A DNA stretch of 64,000 nucleotides from an uncultured Phycisphaerales bacterium (GTDB lineage: Bacteria; Planctomycetota; Phycisphaerae; Tepidisphaerales; Tepidisphaeraceae): NCBI GenBank assembly GCA_963844715.1, contig CAWJPJ010000008.1, positions 864,001 through 928,000 on the forward strand, in the 5' to 3' direction. The translations under genes and the position numbers were made by a program. Of the stretch, positions 1 to 12,355 are shown in pieces; position 1 is the first letter of the stretch; every line of letters starts with the position of its first letter. Under the pieces are notes generated by a model, which saw only the letters and a list, made by a program, of their open reading frames with translations, had not been told where the DNA came from and made no database searches.

Positions 1-30
1 TCGTTTCTCCGTTCGGCTGCTGATTGAAGA

Positions 31-326
31 CTATTTGTCCGCGCCCGCATCGACACATCGCTGTCGCGCGATCCATGTATGCGCTTCGTCCGCCGCTTTG
101 GCCAGAAGCAAAAGATCATCGGCGCCGAAACTGGCGCTTTCTTTCCATGCGTTTTCGCCGTCCTTGTAAGAACGACTGAATGTAACGCAATAAAGTGGCC
201 GGCTGGTGTTGCCGTTGTCCACGATGTTGCGCAGATCGCGGCACGGACCGAGCCATAACGGATGGTCTGAACCGGACGATTCGTCTTCTTCTCAGTTTTG
301 CTCGCATTGTTCGTTGATTGCGCCAT
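31..326 (-). CDS. Small conserved ICE-associated hypothetical protein, possibly nucleic-acid binding (frameshift near 232)
   Basis: GGAGG RBS before ATG 326; joined reading RPVQTIRYGSVRAAIWRN...VTFSRSYKDG..WKESASFGADDL resembles a common planctomycete small-protein family. Confidence 0.55.
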
Positions 327-354
327 ATCACACCTCCAGGTTGAGCGGGTTCAT

Positions 355-648
355 TCAGGTCATTGCGGCCGCAAGGGAATCCAGTTCTTCCGCCGTTCCA
401 CATACAATCCGCTCGCAGACGGGCACGAACTCGGCCACGCCGAATTGTTTGAGGAATCCGATCCGCGGCTGCCGCGCCAAACCCCGCTCTGTCGCAATGC
501 GCACGGCCTCGTCGTATGTCGGCAACGCCGGCGCGATCGCGTCGTGCGGCCGGATATCCGCCAGGTCCGTGAGGATCGTGACGACTTGAATCGTGGTCGG
601 TGACGATTGCCGCTTGAATACGGCAAATGTTGCGGTGGCGGCGATCAT
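355..648 (-). CDS. Hypothetical protein
   Basis: GGAG RBS before ATG 648; forms the 3' part of ORF 355..948. Confidence 0.4.
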   Translation of the reverse strand: MIAATATFAVFKRQSSPTTIQVVTILTDLADIRPHDAIAPALPTYDEAVRIATERGLARQPRIGFLKQFGVAEFVPVCERIVCGTAEELDSLAAAMT

Positions 649-927
649 GGTTGCTCCTTTGGCGCCGGCGCCGGTGAAGGCGCAGGGCTGTCGGGGAGCG
701 CGGGATCGCGCCTTAAGGCCGTACTTGGCGACTTGGAACTCCCGGTCGCCGTCCATGAAACGGCGGGCCATTTCACGGATTAGATCGGATTCTGACACGT
801 CCGCGCCATAAGCCTGCTTGTAAAAAGCCTTATAGCGTTCCAGGTCTTGCGCCAGCTCGTTATTGATTTCTACGGTCAACTTCACGCGAGTTGTCTGGTG
901 GAACGGACGCAATGCAATCTCAGGCAT
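645..927 (-). CDS. DUF2274-like small protein downstream of trbI
   Basis: VKLTVEI..EL..DL..Y...Y.QAYG....DLI.EM.RRFM.GDREF pattern and position after trbI as in Tn4371-type ICEs; apparent fusion to the next ORF is probably an indel. Confidence 0.65.
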
Positions 928-944
928 GGATATCTCCGTCAACG

Positions 945-2266
945 TCAAGGGACATACGGTTCCAGAATCATGTCTTTGTTCACGAGGACGCGCAGCGGCC
1001 AGCCCTGCCGGATGGTAATCGTCGGCTGCACGTCGAGTTCGCGGTCAATCACTTTCTCGCCGATCCGGTCGACTTGTTGAGCCACGGTATCGCCAACCAC
1101 GTCTTGGCCATTGTTGCCGCTGCTGCTATTGGGATCGCGAGCCAGGTTACCGCCATAGGCGAGGGCCGTGGTCAGTGCCGTTGCTTCCGCCAGCTTGTCG
1201 AGGTGGTAATCGACCTTATCCTGTAGCCCGGCTTGTCCGGCTTCATCCGTCCCCGGCATTCCGTCCAGCACAATCGAGTTGCCGTTCGGATAAATCAGCC
1301 GTTGCCAGACAACCAGCGCTCGGTTTTGGCCGTTTGTGACAAGGCTCTGATATTTGCCAAGCAACTTCGAGCCTTGCGGAATCAAGAGGTAATTGCCAGT
1401 GACGGTATCGTAGACGTTCTCCGTCACCTGGCCGATCACTTCACCGGGCAGATCGGTGTTGATTGCGGTCAGAGCGCTCCAGGGATGACGCTGCCGGCTT
1501 TCAATTCATACTTGGAGATCGGATTGAGGAGCGGCTTGGACAGGTAAGGCTCGACCGCCGCCCCTTGAGTCAAAAACGCTTCCTTCTCCTGCTGATGGTT
1601 TTGGATGCTTCCCCCGGATGGGCCACCGTCGGGTCCACCGACATTCTGATCACCACCACCAGCGCCCATCGCGCCTGCGTCCATCGCATTTCGATTGGCA
1701 CCCGGGCCGAGCATCACTACCGTCGGCATCGTCGCTGGACCCGATGTAATTCCCGTAGATGTTGTTGATGACGACGTTGACTTGGCCCCACCGAACAGCA
1801 GCGGCGAATCGAGGGCCGCTTGTTGCTCCTTTTGCTGTTGTTCCAGCATCTTTCGCCGTTGTTCGGCGAGCTCGCGCATTGCCTGGGCGAGAGCCTGATC
1901 CTGGGCGGATGGTCCCGCTGGACGAGTTGCTGGCGCCGGTAGTCCACTCAAGCCGTCATAACCAGTGCCAAGGCGATTCACATCGAATGAATAGTCCTGT
2001 GGCAGGTCTTTCACCGATTCAATCGGCCCCGACGGACGAATCGCGTTTTCGTCGGCGGGTCCGTCCTTACGCGGCGCACTATGATCGCCGAAGCCGAGCA
2101 TCAGGACGACCAGACCGAGCGAGGCGCCGAAAACTCCGGCCAGCAACAACGCTCGGCGGCTGATCCGAGTCACAGGCAGCGGCGTACCGCGAACGTCGAT
2201 CCGCTCCTCGCCATTGCCGGTTGGTTGTGCCGTCTGTCCCAGGTTGGAAGTATTATTTGGCAGCAT
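945..2266 (-). CDS. trbI: TrbI/VirB10 conjugation protein (frameshift near 1465)
   Basis: YELKAGSVIPGAL, GQVTENVYDTVTG..LLIPQGSKL.G.Y, G.AGL.D.VD.H, V.PTITIR.G motifs. Confidence 0.92.
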
Positions 2267-2270
2267 TGCC

Positions 2271-3288
2271 TCATCTCCTCTTCAGTCTTTAGCATCGGCG
2301 CGAACAATCGCCACGATCGTCTGCGGGGCTTGGCCGAGGCGCAATTCCGCCTTGTCGAACAGACGATCCACGATGTACCAGTCGCCTCTTGACCCGGTAG
2401 TTCACGAGCTGCGCGTCGCCATTGCGTCCCATGACGAACAGCGGCGGCGCTTCGGTCACCGTGACTTTCGGCGGGAATTGGATGTAAGTCTTTTGCCCGT
2501 CATCGAAAGCCCGCAGCGGACACCAGGGCGGTGTCGCCGAATGCTTTTGCCGCAGGATCAGGTAATTGAAGTTGGCCTTGGACAGATCCAAGCCCGTCGC
2601 AACCGTTGCTTGCGCCGCCGCCTGCTGCGCCGCGACTTGATTGCGGATCATCACGGCATCCCCAAAGGGATAGTTCCAGGCGATCATGGTGTGGTAAACG
2701 CCCGTATCAATGCTGGTCAGATCCAGTGTGTAGATTCGCTGGTCGGTGGTGATGAGCAGATTCGTTTGCAATCCCGCCTTACGCGGCTTGACGAGCAACA
2801 ACGTCTGCGCCGTCTCGCCCGAACCGGATTGCACGCTATCGACGAGCCACCGCACCGTATCACCCGCCGCGGCGGTGATGAGCTTTTCACCGGGGCACAG
2901 CGCGATGGTGGTGACGTATCCCGGCGAAGTGATGGCCGTATAGACAACGCCCGGCGCGTAGTCGTAATACTGAATGGCATTCAGGAAGCCATCGGTTGTC
3001 GGTTGAGTCGTCGCGCCCGCATTCGCCGCGGCGATTGCCGCAGCGCCAGTTTGGACCGCCGGCGCGTTATTGCCCGAACCGATGGGGCGAAGTTGCGGAC
3101 TCGCCACCGGCACTTTGACCTCGACGATCCTTGGAACGGTCGCAAAGTCATCGGGCAATCAGCGCCGCCGGTCTCAGCCGTGGGTCCGGCATCACCGGCA
3201 CCGTCGGCGTTTCGCAGTATTCGCAGCCGCCAAGGACAAATGTGGCGATGACGAAGCCGCAAAGTAATAAGCCTCTTCGATAATTCAT
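2271..3288 (-). CDS. trbG: TrbG/VirB9 conjugation protein (frameshifted)
   Basis: NAIQYYDYAPG, AGDTVRW, LLVKP, TNLLITTD.R.Y, P.RAFDDGQKTYIQFP, LVNYRV; N-terminal LGGC lipobox. Confidence 0.9.
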
Positions 3289-4075
3289 TGCATGCCTCCG
3301 TTGTCAGGATTGTTTGGATTGGGAGCCGACGGGATTGGGCGGCAGTGCGCAGACTATCGTCGCGCATGACCGCTCCCGAAAACTCTCTGCTCCACGTGAA
3401 ATTCGTGATGTAGACGCCAATGGGGTTCTTGAAGGAATCCGACTCATCCCGTGGGGGCATCAACTTGACCTGAAAGAGCCCCGTGTATTCCTCGCGCGAT
3501 CGGCGGAGGCCATTGGCATAGGTCGTCTCGACCCAGCGCACCTGAAAGGTGTCGTTGGCTTTTTGAAGGATGCTGCTGATTTCGACGGTACGGGCCGTCG
3601 CTCCCTCGCCAGGCAAGCTCTTCATGCCGGCGTCGGATGCGGCGTATTCGTTCATCGCGTTGACCGCTTGGCCGGCGAGGAATTGGTATGCCTTGGTCCA
3701 CTGCTGGCGCATCACGACGGGATCGAGCGGACGCTCGCGCACCATCCGCACGACTTCGCCAACGAAGTAGCCCACCTGCGCCGTCGCCGGCTGATACGGC
3801 GCGCTGGCCAGCGTGATCCGACCCGGCATCCCGGCCTTATCCACTTCAACGACGTAGGTGGCGACTTGCTTCTTGACGCCCAGGACGACGGCGCCGCTCG
3901 TCGAGATCAACGCGATGGCCATCGACGCGAACGCGATGTAGCGCCAGTTGCGGGCCTGCACGCGCACCGATCCGATCCGTTCATCCCACGCCGCGGCGGC
4001 GCGAGCGTAGGGGTTGTGACTGTCGCCCGATCCACCGTTCTTGCCGTAACTCGTTGTCATGTTGGGAAAACTCAT
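3285..4075 (-). CDS. trbF: TrbF/VirB8 conjugation protein
   Basis: PY.RA...WDERIGS.RVQARNWR, YVVEVD, FQVRW.E, KNPIGVYI..F.WSRE; 3' end approximate. Confidence 0.9.
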
Positions 4076-5246
4076 GTTGGAGTCCCTCCTGTGTTGGTTG
4101 GACCGCTCGTTCCATTTGGCGAGCTTGACCCTGGCACGCGGCTGGCCGTATTGGCGGCTGTCGTGCTGCCCGCTTGCGGCGGCAGTTGAGCCCGACACAA
4201 CCGATGCGGCGGTTGCTCCCGTCTTATTGCCCGCGCTGCCACTGCCGCCGGTGATCTTTCGGACAACAGCCGTTCCCGCCGACGCGACCAGCATGGCGCC
4301 TTTCGTCGGCACGGCCGCCGCCATCTTCACGGCCATGACGGCGGCGCGGGATCGACCGGCGGCACGTGGTTGTGTTGATCGCCGCTGCGGTCGTATTGAT
4401 CGCTGTGCCGACGCCCAGGCTCGGGCCGCCGATAATCATGTCAGTGGCCAGCCGCGAGGCGACCAGCGAAAGCGCCATGAGAAGCAGCGCCGCCAGCGCG
4501 ATGCAAAAAGCCTGATAGGTCGTGACGGTCTGGCCTGCCGGCACTTTGAGCGATTGGAAGATGTTGTTGCCGACTCCAAGGACGAGCGTCAGCACCATCA
4601 GGCGCACCCCGGACCCGACCACCCAACCCAAAGGGCGCTCGGCGATGAATGCCGTTTTGGACAGGACCGCGAACGGCACCAGCACGAACGCGGCGAGGCT
4701 GCCGAACTTAAACGTCAGCACCGCGACGACGACCTGAATGGTGATGACACAGAACGCCGCGACGATCGCGGCGACGGCAAGGAAGAGGAATATGATCTCG
4801 ACAATGTTCTTGAAGAACGCCACCGGCCCAGTCAGCCGCGCGATCTGGTCCATAAGCGGCTGCGCCGTCGTGTACCCGAGATATGCGATGTTCCCCGGCT
4901 GCGACGTGTAGTAGCTCGCGCCGTCGAATCCACCGGCCTTGAGGCCGAGATTCATGAAGGACGATGCGAGCTTGTCCGTCAGCGACTGCCAGTTCTGGAT
5001 GATCCAGGCAAAGAAGCCGATGTAGACGATTTTCCTCGCAAAATGGGCAATGACATGGTCATCGCTCAGCGCCCACAGCGCCGCCGACCACATGATGCTC
5101 AGGATGATGAGGACATTGAGAACCCAGGTGACATCGCCCTTGATAAGCCCAAAGCCGCTGTTGATCGCGTTGATGTACTGGTTGGCCACATCGTTGATGA
5201 GATCGGGGCCACCGTTGCCAAAATCAACTGCCAGAATCGCCGTCAT
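4072..5246 (-). CDS. trbL: TrbL/VirB6 conjugation protein (frameshift in low-complexity tail)
   Basis: Multi-TM protein with YI.AI.SGFGL, KI.YIGFFA.II.NW, FK...LA.FVLVPF....KTAF.AER.LG.VV. Confidence 0.88.
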
Positions 5247-5282
5247 GGAATCACCTGACCTTTCCTCGCTGTCCATCCGTGG

Positions 5283-6018
5283 TTACTGACCTGCCAAGGG
5301 AAAAGCATTCGACATGGAGCTGGTTGGCTGCTGAGGATTCGCCCAATCACCGCGAACTGCCTGTTGCTGCTGCAACGCATACGCTTGTTCGGCCTGATCC
5401 TGCGCATTGCGCTCCACTTCGGCGCGGGCATCGGTGATTTCCTGCGCCTGCAATGCTTGAAGCTGCGCCACCAGCGTCGCCACTTCTTCATTGCCCGCCT
5501 GCATGGCGGAGGTGGCGCCGGACGCCGAATTGGAATGTTCGACGTAGGATTGAATGCGCTGCGCGGTCGGTTGCAGGTTCAGATACGTCTGGTTCTGGAC
5601 GGTGCGGTTTTCGATCAGGACGTTTCTCTCTTCCTGATCCCAGCCGTTTTGCATCGACTGGTAAGCTGGCATCCGTCATGTTGGCGTAATTGCTCGGATC
5701 GGATGGATATTGGCTATTCAGCGTGCTGCCGGGATCGGTGGACGAATAGGTTGTGCCGGCTTGGCCGAACACCTGCTGCCAGATATTCATGCTTTGCAGA
5801 ATTCCGGGTAGCTGGGTGAAGTTCCAGCTTTTCAGCATGGCCACTTCGTTAGTGACCTCTTGGTAGAGCTGGTCAACCATTTGCACATCGTCCGCCACCT
5901 GGATCACCGCTTCGGCAAAGTTCGTCGGATCGAAAACGATGTCCGCGAATGCGGCCGTGGGCACAAGCAGCGCCGCCGTTGCAGCGACAATGAGAAACCG
6001 TTTCTTTGAGCGTGTCAT
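5283..6018 (-). CDS. trbJ: TrbJ/VirB5-like protein, copy 1 (frameshift near 5670)
   Basis: Signal peptide followed by IVFDPTNFA; S.SA.G..SA.QA.N motif; Gln-rich helices. Confidence 0.8.
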
Positions 6019-6066
6019 GGCAAACCTCCTATTTCGCAAAATTCCTTCGAGTGGTTTGTTCGCAAT

Positions 6067-6851
6067 TCAGTTCTGAAACGGATCAACGACCGTCTCTGTC
6101 GGCGGCGCCGGGTTATCCCAACCAGTGCGAACCCGCTGCCGTTCAGCCTCCGCGATACGACGATTCCGATTGCTGTTGGGCCAATTTTCGGTTTTGAGCC
6201 GCGAGCGCGGCGATCTTCAGAGATTGCAGCTTGGCCAGTTCACCCGAGGCCACCGCGAGCAGATCGTTGTGCGCCTGGACCGCCGACGTTTCGCCGGATG
6301 CCGAGTTCGACGCATCGACGATGTCCTGTACCTGCTGGGTCGTCGTATCCATGTCCTGATAGACCTGATTCTGCAATTGCCGGTTCTCCACCAGCGATTG
6401 GCGCTGGTTATCCGTCCACGTCGATTGATCCGACTGGTACTGCGCCCAGGTGGCGTTGCTCATGTCCGCCGGATAGCGCGTGTCGAGTTGGCTGGCCGGA
6501 TTCGGCGTGCTGTAGAGGCTGGATTCCAATTGCCCTTCCACGCCGGAGACGATTCCGGCAATGTTCGGCACGTCGCTCAGGTTGAGATGCTCCAATTCCT
6601 TGACTTGGTTCTCCACCTGCTGAACCACCGCGTCGATCTGCTCGCCAAGGTCCACCACCTTCAGGACATTTTCGACCAGATTGACCGGGTCTAAGACAAT
6701 GTCGAACAAGAAGGCGTTGGCTCGCTGCGCCGGGAGAAACACCAGCGCCGCACCGGTGGCAAGGAACACGGCCGCCAGAAGCCTAGCTCGCCGCGGCGGA
6801 TGCTTCGGAACCAGCCGATTCGCCGTCGAATTCAAGGGATGAGTTGGTCAT
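6067..6851 (-). CDS. trbJ: TrbJ/VirB5-like protein, copy 2 (frameshifted)
   Basis: Signal peptide followed by IVLDPVNL; SNSASGETSAVQAHN; C-terminus VRTGWDNP parallels VRGDWANP of copy 1. Confidence 0.78.
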
Positions 6852-9301
6852 GATCTTTCCTTTCAGTGTTGAAGGTCTCCAGGCGCTCGGCCCAATGCCC
6901 GAGGCCCCGTTCGTTCAGGTACGCACGCGCGAATTGCTCGCGATCGTGCTCTTTCAGCACATTGGTGATCCGCGCTTGATCCTGCGGTGAACCGGCGGCG
7001 CAGAAGGCCAGCGCCAATTCACCCAGGCCAAGCTCAAAGAGCCGGTTGCCTTCCCGACTCTGGTAGTAGTAATCGCGCTTGGGAATCGACTGCTGGAGGA
7101 TTTGCAATTGCCGCTCGTTCAGCCCAAACGATTCATAGACTTTGCGCGTCCGCTCCTCCAGCGCGTTGCCATTGGGCAGGAAGATGCGCGTGGGGCAGTT
7201 TTCGATGATCGCCGGCGCAATGGCGCTGTCCGCAATGTCCGATAGACTCTGCGTGGCGAAGATGACCGCCACATTCTTCTTGCGAAGAACCTTGAGCCAT
7301 TCACGGATCTTGGCGGCAAAGAGCGATTCGGTCAGGTACAGCCACGCTTCATCCAGAATCATCAGCGTCGGCGAGCCGTCGAATCGCTTCTCCAACCGGC
7401 GGAACAGATAGGTCAGCACCGGCAGCAGCGCCTGCGCGAGTGCATCAGGTGTTCCATCTCGAACGCCTGCCAGCGGGCACCGCGTTCCACGTCACCGTCG
7501 CCCAGAGTGTCCTGATTGGCATCCAGCAGCCGCCCATGCGGACCGTCAAGCGTGTAACTCCGCATCGCTTGTCGAACATGGGCATCTTGAACCAGGCCGA
7601 GGAGCGTGCTGAGCGTGCGCTGCACGCGCGGCATCGAAGCCAGGTTGGACAGCGCGGCCCAAAGCTCCTGTTTGGTCGCCGGGGTGATTTCTGCTTTTTC
7701 GCGGTGCAGCAGGTCCGCGATCCAATCCTGCGCCCAGGCCAATTCCGATTCGTCCTCGATTCCGGCGAGCGGCTGGAAGCAAATCTCTTCACCTTCGCCG
7801 CCCAGGTCGTAAGAAGTCGCCGCCCATCGCCAGCGTCATTGCCCGGCAGCTTGCGCCCTTGTCGAAGATGTAAACACGGGCATCGGGATAGCGCAGCCAT
7901 TGGCAGGCCAGGAGATTCAGAAGCGTTGACTTGCCCGCGCCGGTGGGGCCGGCAATGATCGTGTGGCCGACATCGCCTTGATGCAGAGACAATCGGAATG
8001 GCGTCGATCCCTTTGTCCGGGTTACAAGCAGTGGCGGTCCGTTCAGGTGTGAACAACGTGCCGGTCCGGACCAAACCGCGCTCAGCGGGACCAGATCGCA
8101 GACATTCAGAGACGACACGAGTGGCCGGCGCACATCGGCGTAGGCATGACCCGGCAGACTTCCCATCCAGGCTTGAACTGCATTGAAATCCTCGATTTCA
8201 GTGACGAGGCCCACGCCATCCACGACTTGTTGAACCGCCCGTGCTTTTTCCGTCGCGGTTTGCTCATCCTCATCCCAAACCGTGATCGTCAGCGTGAAAT
8301 CCCCGAACGAGCAGTGATCGCCGCCAAGCTCCTGCAAGGCATCATCCACATCTTCGGATTTGTTCAAGCTGTCGGAATCCTCCAGCTTGGATTCCTGTTT
8401 GGTGATGGCTTCTTTGAGCAGGGTCACCATCCCCTTGCGTTTGGCGAACCACTGGCGGCGAAGCTTGTTCAGTTGCCGCGTGGCGTCGGTCTTATCCATC
8501 GGGAGGTAACGCCCGATCCAGCGGTACTCGATCGGCAATTCGTTCAGGCGGTCCAGCAGGCAAGGAAGCGTGCGATTGACATACGCGCGGACCGAAACCG
8601 TCTTGAGGAAAAGGCGACCGAGCCGGGGCGACAATCCGCCGGCCAGAGGTCGGTCGGTAATCATTTCGTCGAGATAGAACGGAACGTCCGGCACGGCCAC
8701 GTTCAGCCGCCGATCCGAGATGCACGAATGCAGGTAGGTCAGCGTTTCGCCATCGTCCAATGGATGGACTTCGGGCATGAACGACGCCATCAGATTCACA
8801 ATCTGATCCACCTGCCCGAGGAAATGATCGAAATGGGCGCGATAAGAAACCCGCCCATCTACTTTGTTGTTAGGTCGGTCGATGAAAAAGTCGCCCAGCC
8901 GCGTCATACCTTCGGCCGGCGGCAGATACGTGAAGGTGATGAAGCACTGGCTTTCGAAATGGATCGCATCGGCCGTGAACGAATCCCGGCGTTCTTGATC
9001 GACTCAGCGCCGCAACCGGATTCGGAAAGTCGCTCGCCGGGTAAACCTGTGCCAAACGTCTTGCTGCCTCGACATGCACGCACCAATGAGAACCGAGGCG
9101 ACGGAGCACATTGTTCATCCGGGCGCGTGCGGCCACGAGTTCGTAAGGGGTTGAGCTATCCAGGTCGGGACCACGAAACGCGATGGTTTTCTGCAAGCTG
9201 CCGTCTTTGTTGAGCATCACGCCGGGCGCGATGAGCGTCGCCCAGGGCAGATGGTCAGCAAGACGCTGCGGATGTTTGCGATATTCGCCAAGGTTCCACA
9301 T
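6832..9301 (-). CDS. trbE: TrbE/VirB4 ATPase (several frameshifts)
   Basis: LADHLPWA, NKDGSLQKT..FRGPDLDS, Walker A GPTGAGKS, FDKG.S, ILDEAW, WLKVLRKKNV.V.FATQS. Confidence 0.93.
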
Positions 9302-9316
9302 GAATGTCTCTCCGAT

Positions 9317-9586
9317 TCAGGAATCCAGATGCGTCGGCTGGCGGACGTGACGCCGGAAGATGTCAAACCAGTGCGGGTCACGCTTGCTCATCAGCACCGC
9401 CGTCATGTGCAGAGCCGCACCCGCCGGAAATCCAAGCCACCACAGGTGCAAGCCCATTCCGATGACTAAGGCGACCGTTCCATTGAGGATCGCGAACGTC
9501 CGCGGCGCACCGCCCATGAGGATCGGCTGGGTCAGTGCCACATGGAGCGGCACTTCGTAACCTTCGATTTCTTCAGGGCGCGTCAT
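9317..9586 (-). CDS. trbD: TrbD/VirB3
   Basis: GYEVPLH.ALTQPILMGGAPR..AILNGT, KRDP.WFD. Confidence 0.9.
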   Translation of the reverse strand: MTRPEEIEGYEVPLHVALTQPILMGGAPRTFAILNGTVALVIGMGLHLWWLGFPAGAALHMTAVLMSKRDPHWFDIFRRHVRQPTHLDS

Positions 9587-9624
9587 GGTTGCACCAACTT
9601 TCCGCAGAGCGGCCATACCGTTGC

Positions 9625-9972
9625 CTACCAGCCGGCGCCGCCGTCGAAGCCGAAGAACGTCACGCCGAAGCTGGTGGCCGTGACCGCGATGGACACGCCC
9701 AGCAGCAGGCCGAGGATGCGCCGCAGCCCACCGCCTTCGCTGAACGCGAAACCAAATCCGATGACAACGATGGCCAGGATGCACAGCGCCTTTGCCACCG
9801 GGCCGGTGAAGCTGGCCAGCACTTGGTTCAATGGACCTTCCCACGGGAGAGGCTGACCGCCATTGGCTGCCGCAGCTAAACTGGCACGAGGAATGCTCAG
9901 AAGTGTCAGCACACCCGCGATAGCAGGCGCGACAATCGAGCGTCGATAACGAACGAGGGATCGACTGTTCAT
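9625..9972 (-). CDS. trbC: TrbC/VirB2 pilin
   Basis: LPWEGPL.Q...SFTGPVAK, two TM helices, first gene of the operon. Confidence 0.9.
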   Translation of the reverse strand: MNSRSLVRYRRSIVAPAIAGVLTLLSIPRASLAAAANGGQPLPWEGPLNQVLASFTGPVAKALCILAIVVIGFGFAFSEGGGLRRILGLLLGVSIAVTATSFGVTFFGFDGGAGW

Positions 9973-10034
9973 GATTTGACTCCTTGTTGGCCCACAACTC
10001 GTCGGATCACTTGATCCATAACGATGTCATGGTT

Positions 10035-10075
10035 GGTATGGTCAATACCGTACACTTGCCTAACGAGGAAGTCAA
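10035..10075 (-). promoter_or_regulatory. Sigma70-like trbC promoter (TTGACT-N17-TACGGT) overlapped by a GGTAT-N5-ATACC palindrome
   Basis: -35 at 10070-10075, -10 at 10047-10052; same arrangement conserved at 60102-60143. Confidence 0.7.
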
Positions 10076-10308
10076 GAAAAAAAGTTCGCAGTTTGTTTGG
10101 GTTGGCCTGGATCGTGCGGACTACGTTCGGGCGGGAGAGGCGTTTGACGGCGGAATCAAAAGGGATTGGCCGGAGCGTAGCCGCACCTAAGTGCGTGCCA
10201 ATGCCCCAATTTCGGCATGAAATCTAGTCGCACAACTTTGATTCGTTGGGGGAGGTGGTGGGAGTCAATCCCGCAAATGCCTCACTGCGGTTTGCGGGGC
10301 GAGGGTGT

Positions 10309-10560
10309 CTATTCTTCGTCCCGCGCTCCGGAACCGATACGCTCGCGATGCTTGTGCGCCATTGCCGCGCGTTCGTCTCGGCTCGCATCCAGCCAATGCA
10401 GGATCAATGCCTCAATCACTCGCTTGGGGTTCGCCAGGTGCGTTGCACAGTCGTCTTCAAATGCCTCAAATAGCTTGGTGTCGAAGCGGTAGGTCCGCTG
10501 GACCGTCTTAGGCTTGAGCTCCTGCTTCGACGCACTGCGGTTTGATCGGGCGTTGGCCAT
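10309..10560 (-). CDS. Small ribbon-helix-helix-like regulator of the ICE
   Basis: Beta-strand VQRTYRFD followed by helices; near-identical homolog at 59559-59810 in the same position before trbC. Confidence 0.7.
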   Translation of the reverse strand: MANARSNRSASKQELKPKTVQRTYRFDTKLFEAFEDDCATHLANPKRVIEALILHWLDASRDERAAMAHKHRERIGSGARDEE

Positions 10561-10753
10561 AACGAGGTATTTTAGGTGAAATGCGATGGTATGCAAGATA
10601 CCAAATGGTAAATGTGAAGTTATTTGGTAAACATGGTCCCCTCGGGGGGTAGGGTTGAAAAGTACCGGACTGGTTCACGAGTAGTGGCATGGAGCAAAAT
10701 TCGCTGTACAATGTGCATGTAAATGCCGATAACTACAGACGGATGGTACAACC

Positions 10754-11393
10754 ATGCGAACGTCCACGCTTACTAAAACCCATAACGGCAGCAGCGCAGA
10801 GCGGCAGATTGTGAAGCTGGTCCGACGCAAGGGCCTGCTCCGCGCCCGCGACCTGCGGCCGCTTGCCATTCCCCGACGGCACCTGACCCGACTGGTCGCG
10901 GAGGGCGTGCTGCTACGGTCCGGTCGTGGAATTTACGCACTCGCGGATGCCGCGGCCAGCGAGCATCGGTCGCTGGCCGAAGTCTGTGCGCAGGGTTCCG
11001 GCAGGAGTCGTCTGTCTCCTGTCGGCGCTTCGCTTTCACAGCCTAACGACGCAAAACCCGTGGGAAGTATGGCTGGCGATCACTCCGGCAAGTCGAAAGC
11101 CGCGTATCGACCATCCGCCGCTTCGCATCGCTCGATTCTCTGGACCGGCGTTTCGTGAAGGCGTGGACCACCATCGCATCGAGGGGGTGGAGGTCAAAGT
11201 TTATTCGCCTGCCAAGACCGTCGCTGACTGCTTCAAGTATCGCAACAAAATCGGCATCGAAATCGCCATTGAAGCACTCCGCGATGCCTGGGGCAAACGC
11301 GCGGCGACCGCCGATCAGCTTTGGCAGTATGCAAAAGTTTGTCGAGTCACCAACGTCATGCGGCCCTACCTCGAAACTATCGCCCACACCTGA
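10754..11393 (+). CDS. abiEi: AbiEi-family type IV antitoxin (frameshift near 10990)
   Basis: wHTH L.RLV..G.L.R.GRGIY; GVVCLLSAL.FH.LTT..P; YSPAKTVADCFKYRNKIG. Confidence 0.85.
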
Positions 11394-11415
11394 ACTCGCG
11401 AGACTAACGACCGGC

Positions 11416-12355
11416 ATGAAGAATCCCCCTCATAACATCGCCGCTTCCGTTCGCCAGCGTCTTTTGAACCTCTCGAAAGCGTCGGGCGTGGATTACAACC
11501 AATTGCTGATCCGTTACGCCATCGAACGGCTGCTGTACCGTTTGAGTCGTTCCCGTCATCGCGAGAACTTCGTGCTCAAGGGGGCGATGCTCTTCGTGAT
11601 TTGGGAGGGATCGCCGCATCGGCCGACTCAGGACGTGGACCTGTTGGGATTTGGCGACCGTTCGCCCGATCGCATCGCTGGCGTGTTTCGGGAACTCTGC
11701 GAAACAGCCGTCGAAGACGACGGGATCATCTTTGCCGCAAAAACCGTGGAAGCCGAGGAAATCCGCACGACCGACGAGTATGGCGGGGTCCGAGTGCGTT
11801 TCACGGCATCGCTTGGCGGCGCGGTCATCCGTGTCCAGGCGGATGTGGGATTTGGTGACGCCATTACGCCGGCTTCGCCGGAATCGAACTATCCGACGTT
11901 GTTGCCAAATCAGCCGGCGCCGCACTTGCGCGTCTATCCACGCGAAACTGTCGTTGCTGAAAAACTGGAGGCTATCGCCAAGCTCGGGATGCTCAACACG
12001 CGGTTCAAGGATTATTACGACTTGCGATATTTGGCGGAGCGTTTCGAGTTTGATGGTGCGATGCTGATCGAAGCAATCACGGCAACGTTCGAGCGACGCG
12101 GCACGCCGCTGCCGATCCGCGCTTCCAGTCGGCTTGAGCGCGGCTTTCGTAACTGACGCAGTGAAGCAGACGCAATGGGCTGCTTTTCGTCGACGCCAGC
12201 CGGCACAGAAGCTACCGGACCTGCCCGATGTGGTTGCGGCAATCAACCGCTTCGTTGAGCCTGCGTTGCTGGCCGCCGGCGAACGATCCTCGTTCGCGCG
12301 CAAATGGAATGTCGCGCGCGGTTGGTCGGTGAGCGGTGCGTCAACCGCGTCGTAA
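11416..12355 (+). CDS. abiEii: AbiEii/AbiGii nucleotidyltransferase toxin (frameshift near 12130)
   Basis: ASVRQRLLN, FVLKGAML, RPT.DVDL, DVGFGD, AEKLEA, TRFKDYYD. Confidence 0.87.

Noticed and set aside
2214..9213. Long plus-strand ORFs opposite the trb genes (similar cases at 50565-51788, 56604-58076, 62402-63718)
   Set aside because: Antisense shadows typical of GC-rich coding DNA, with no recognisable motifs
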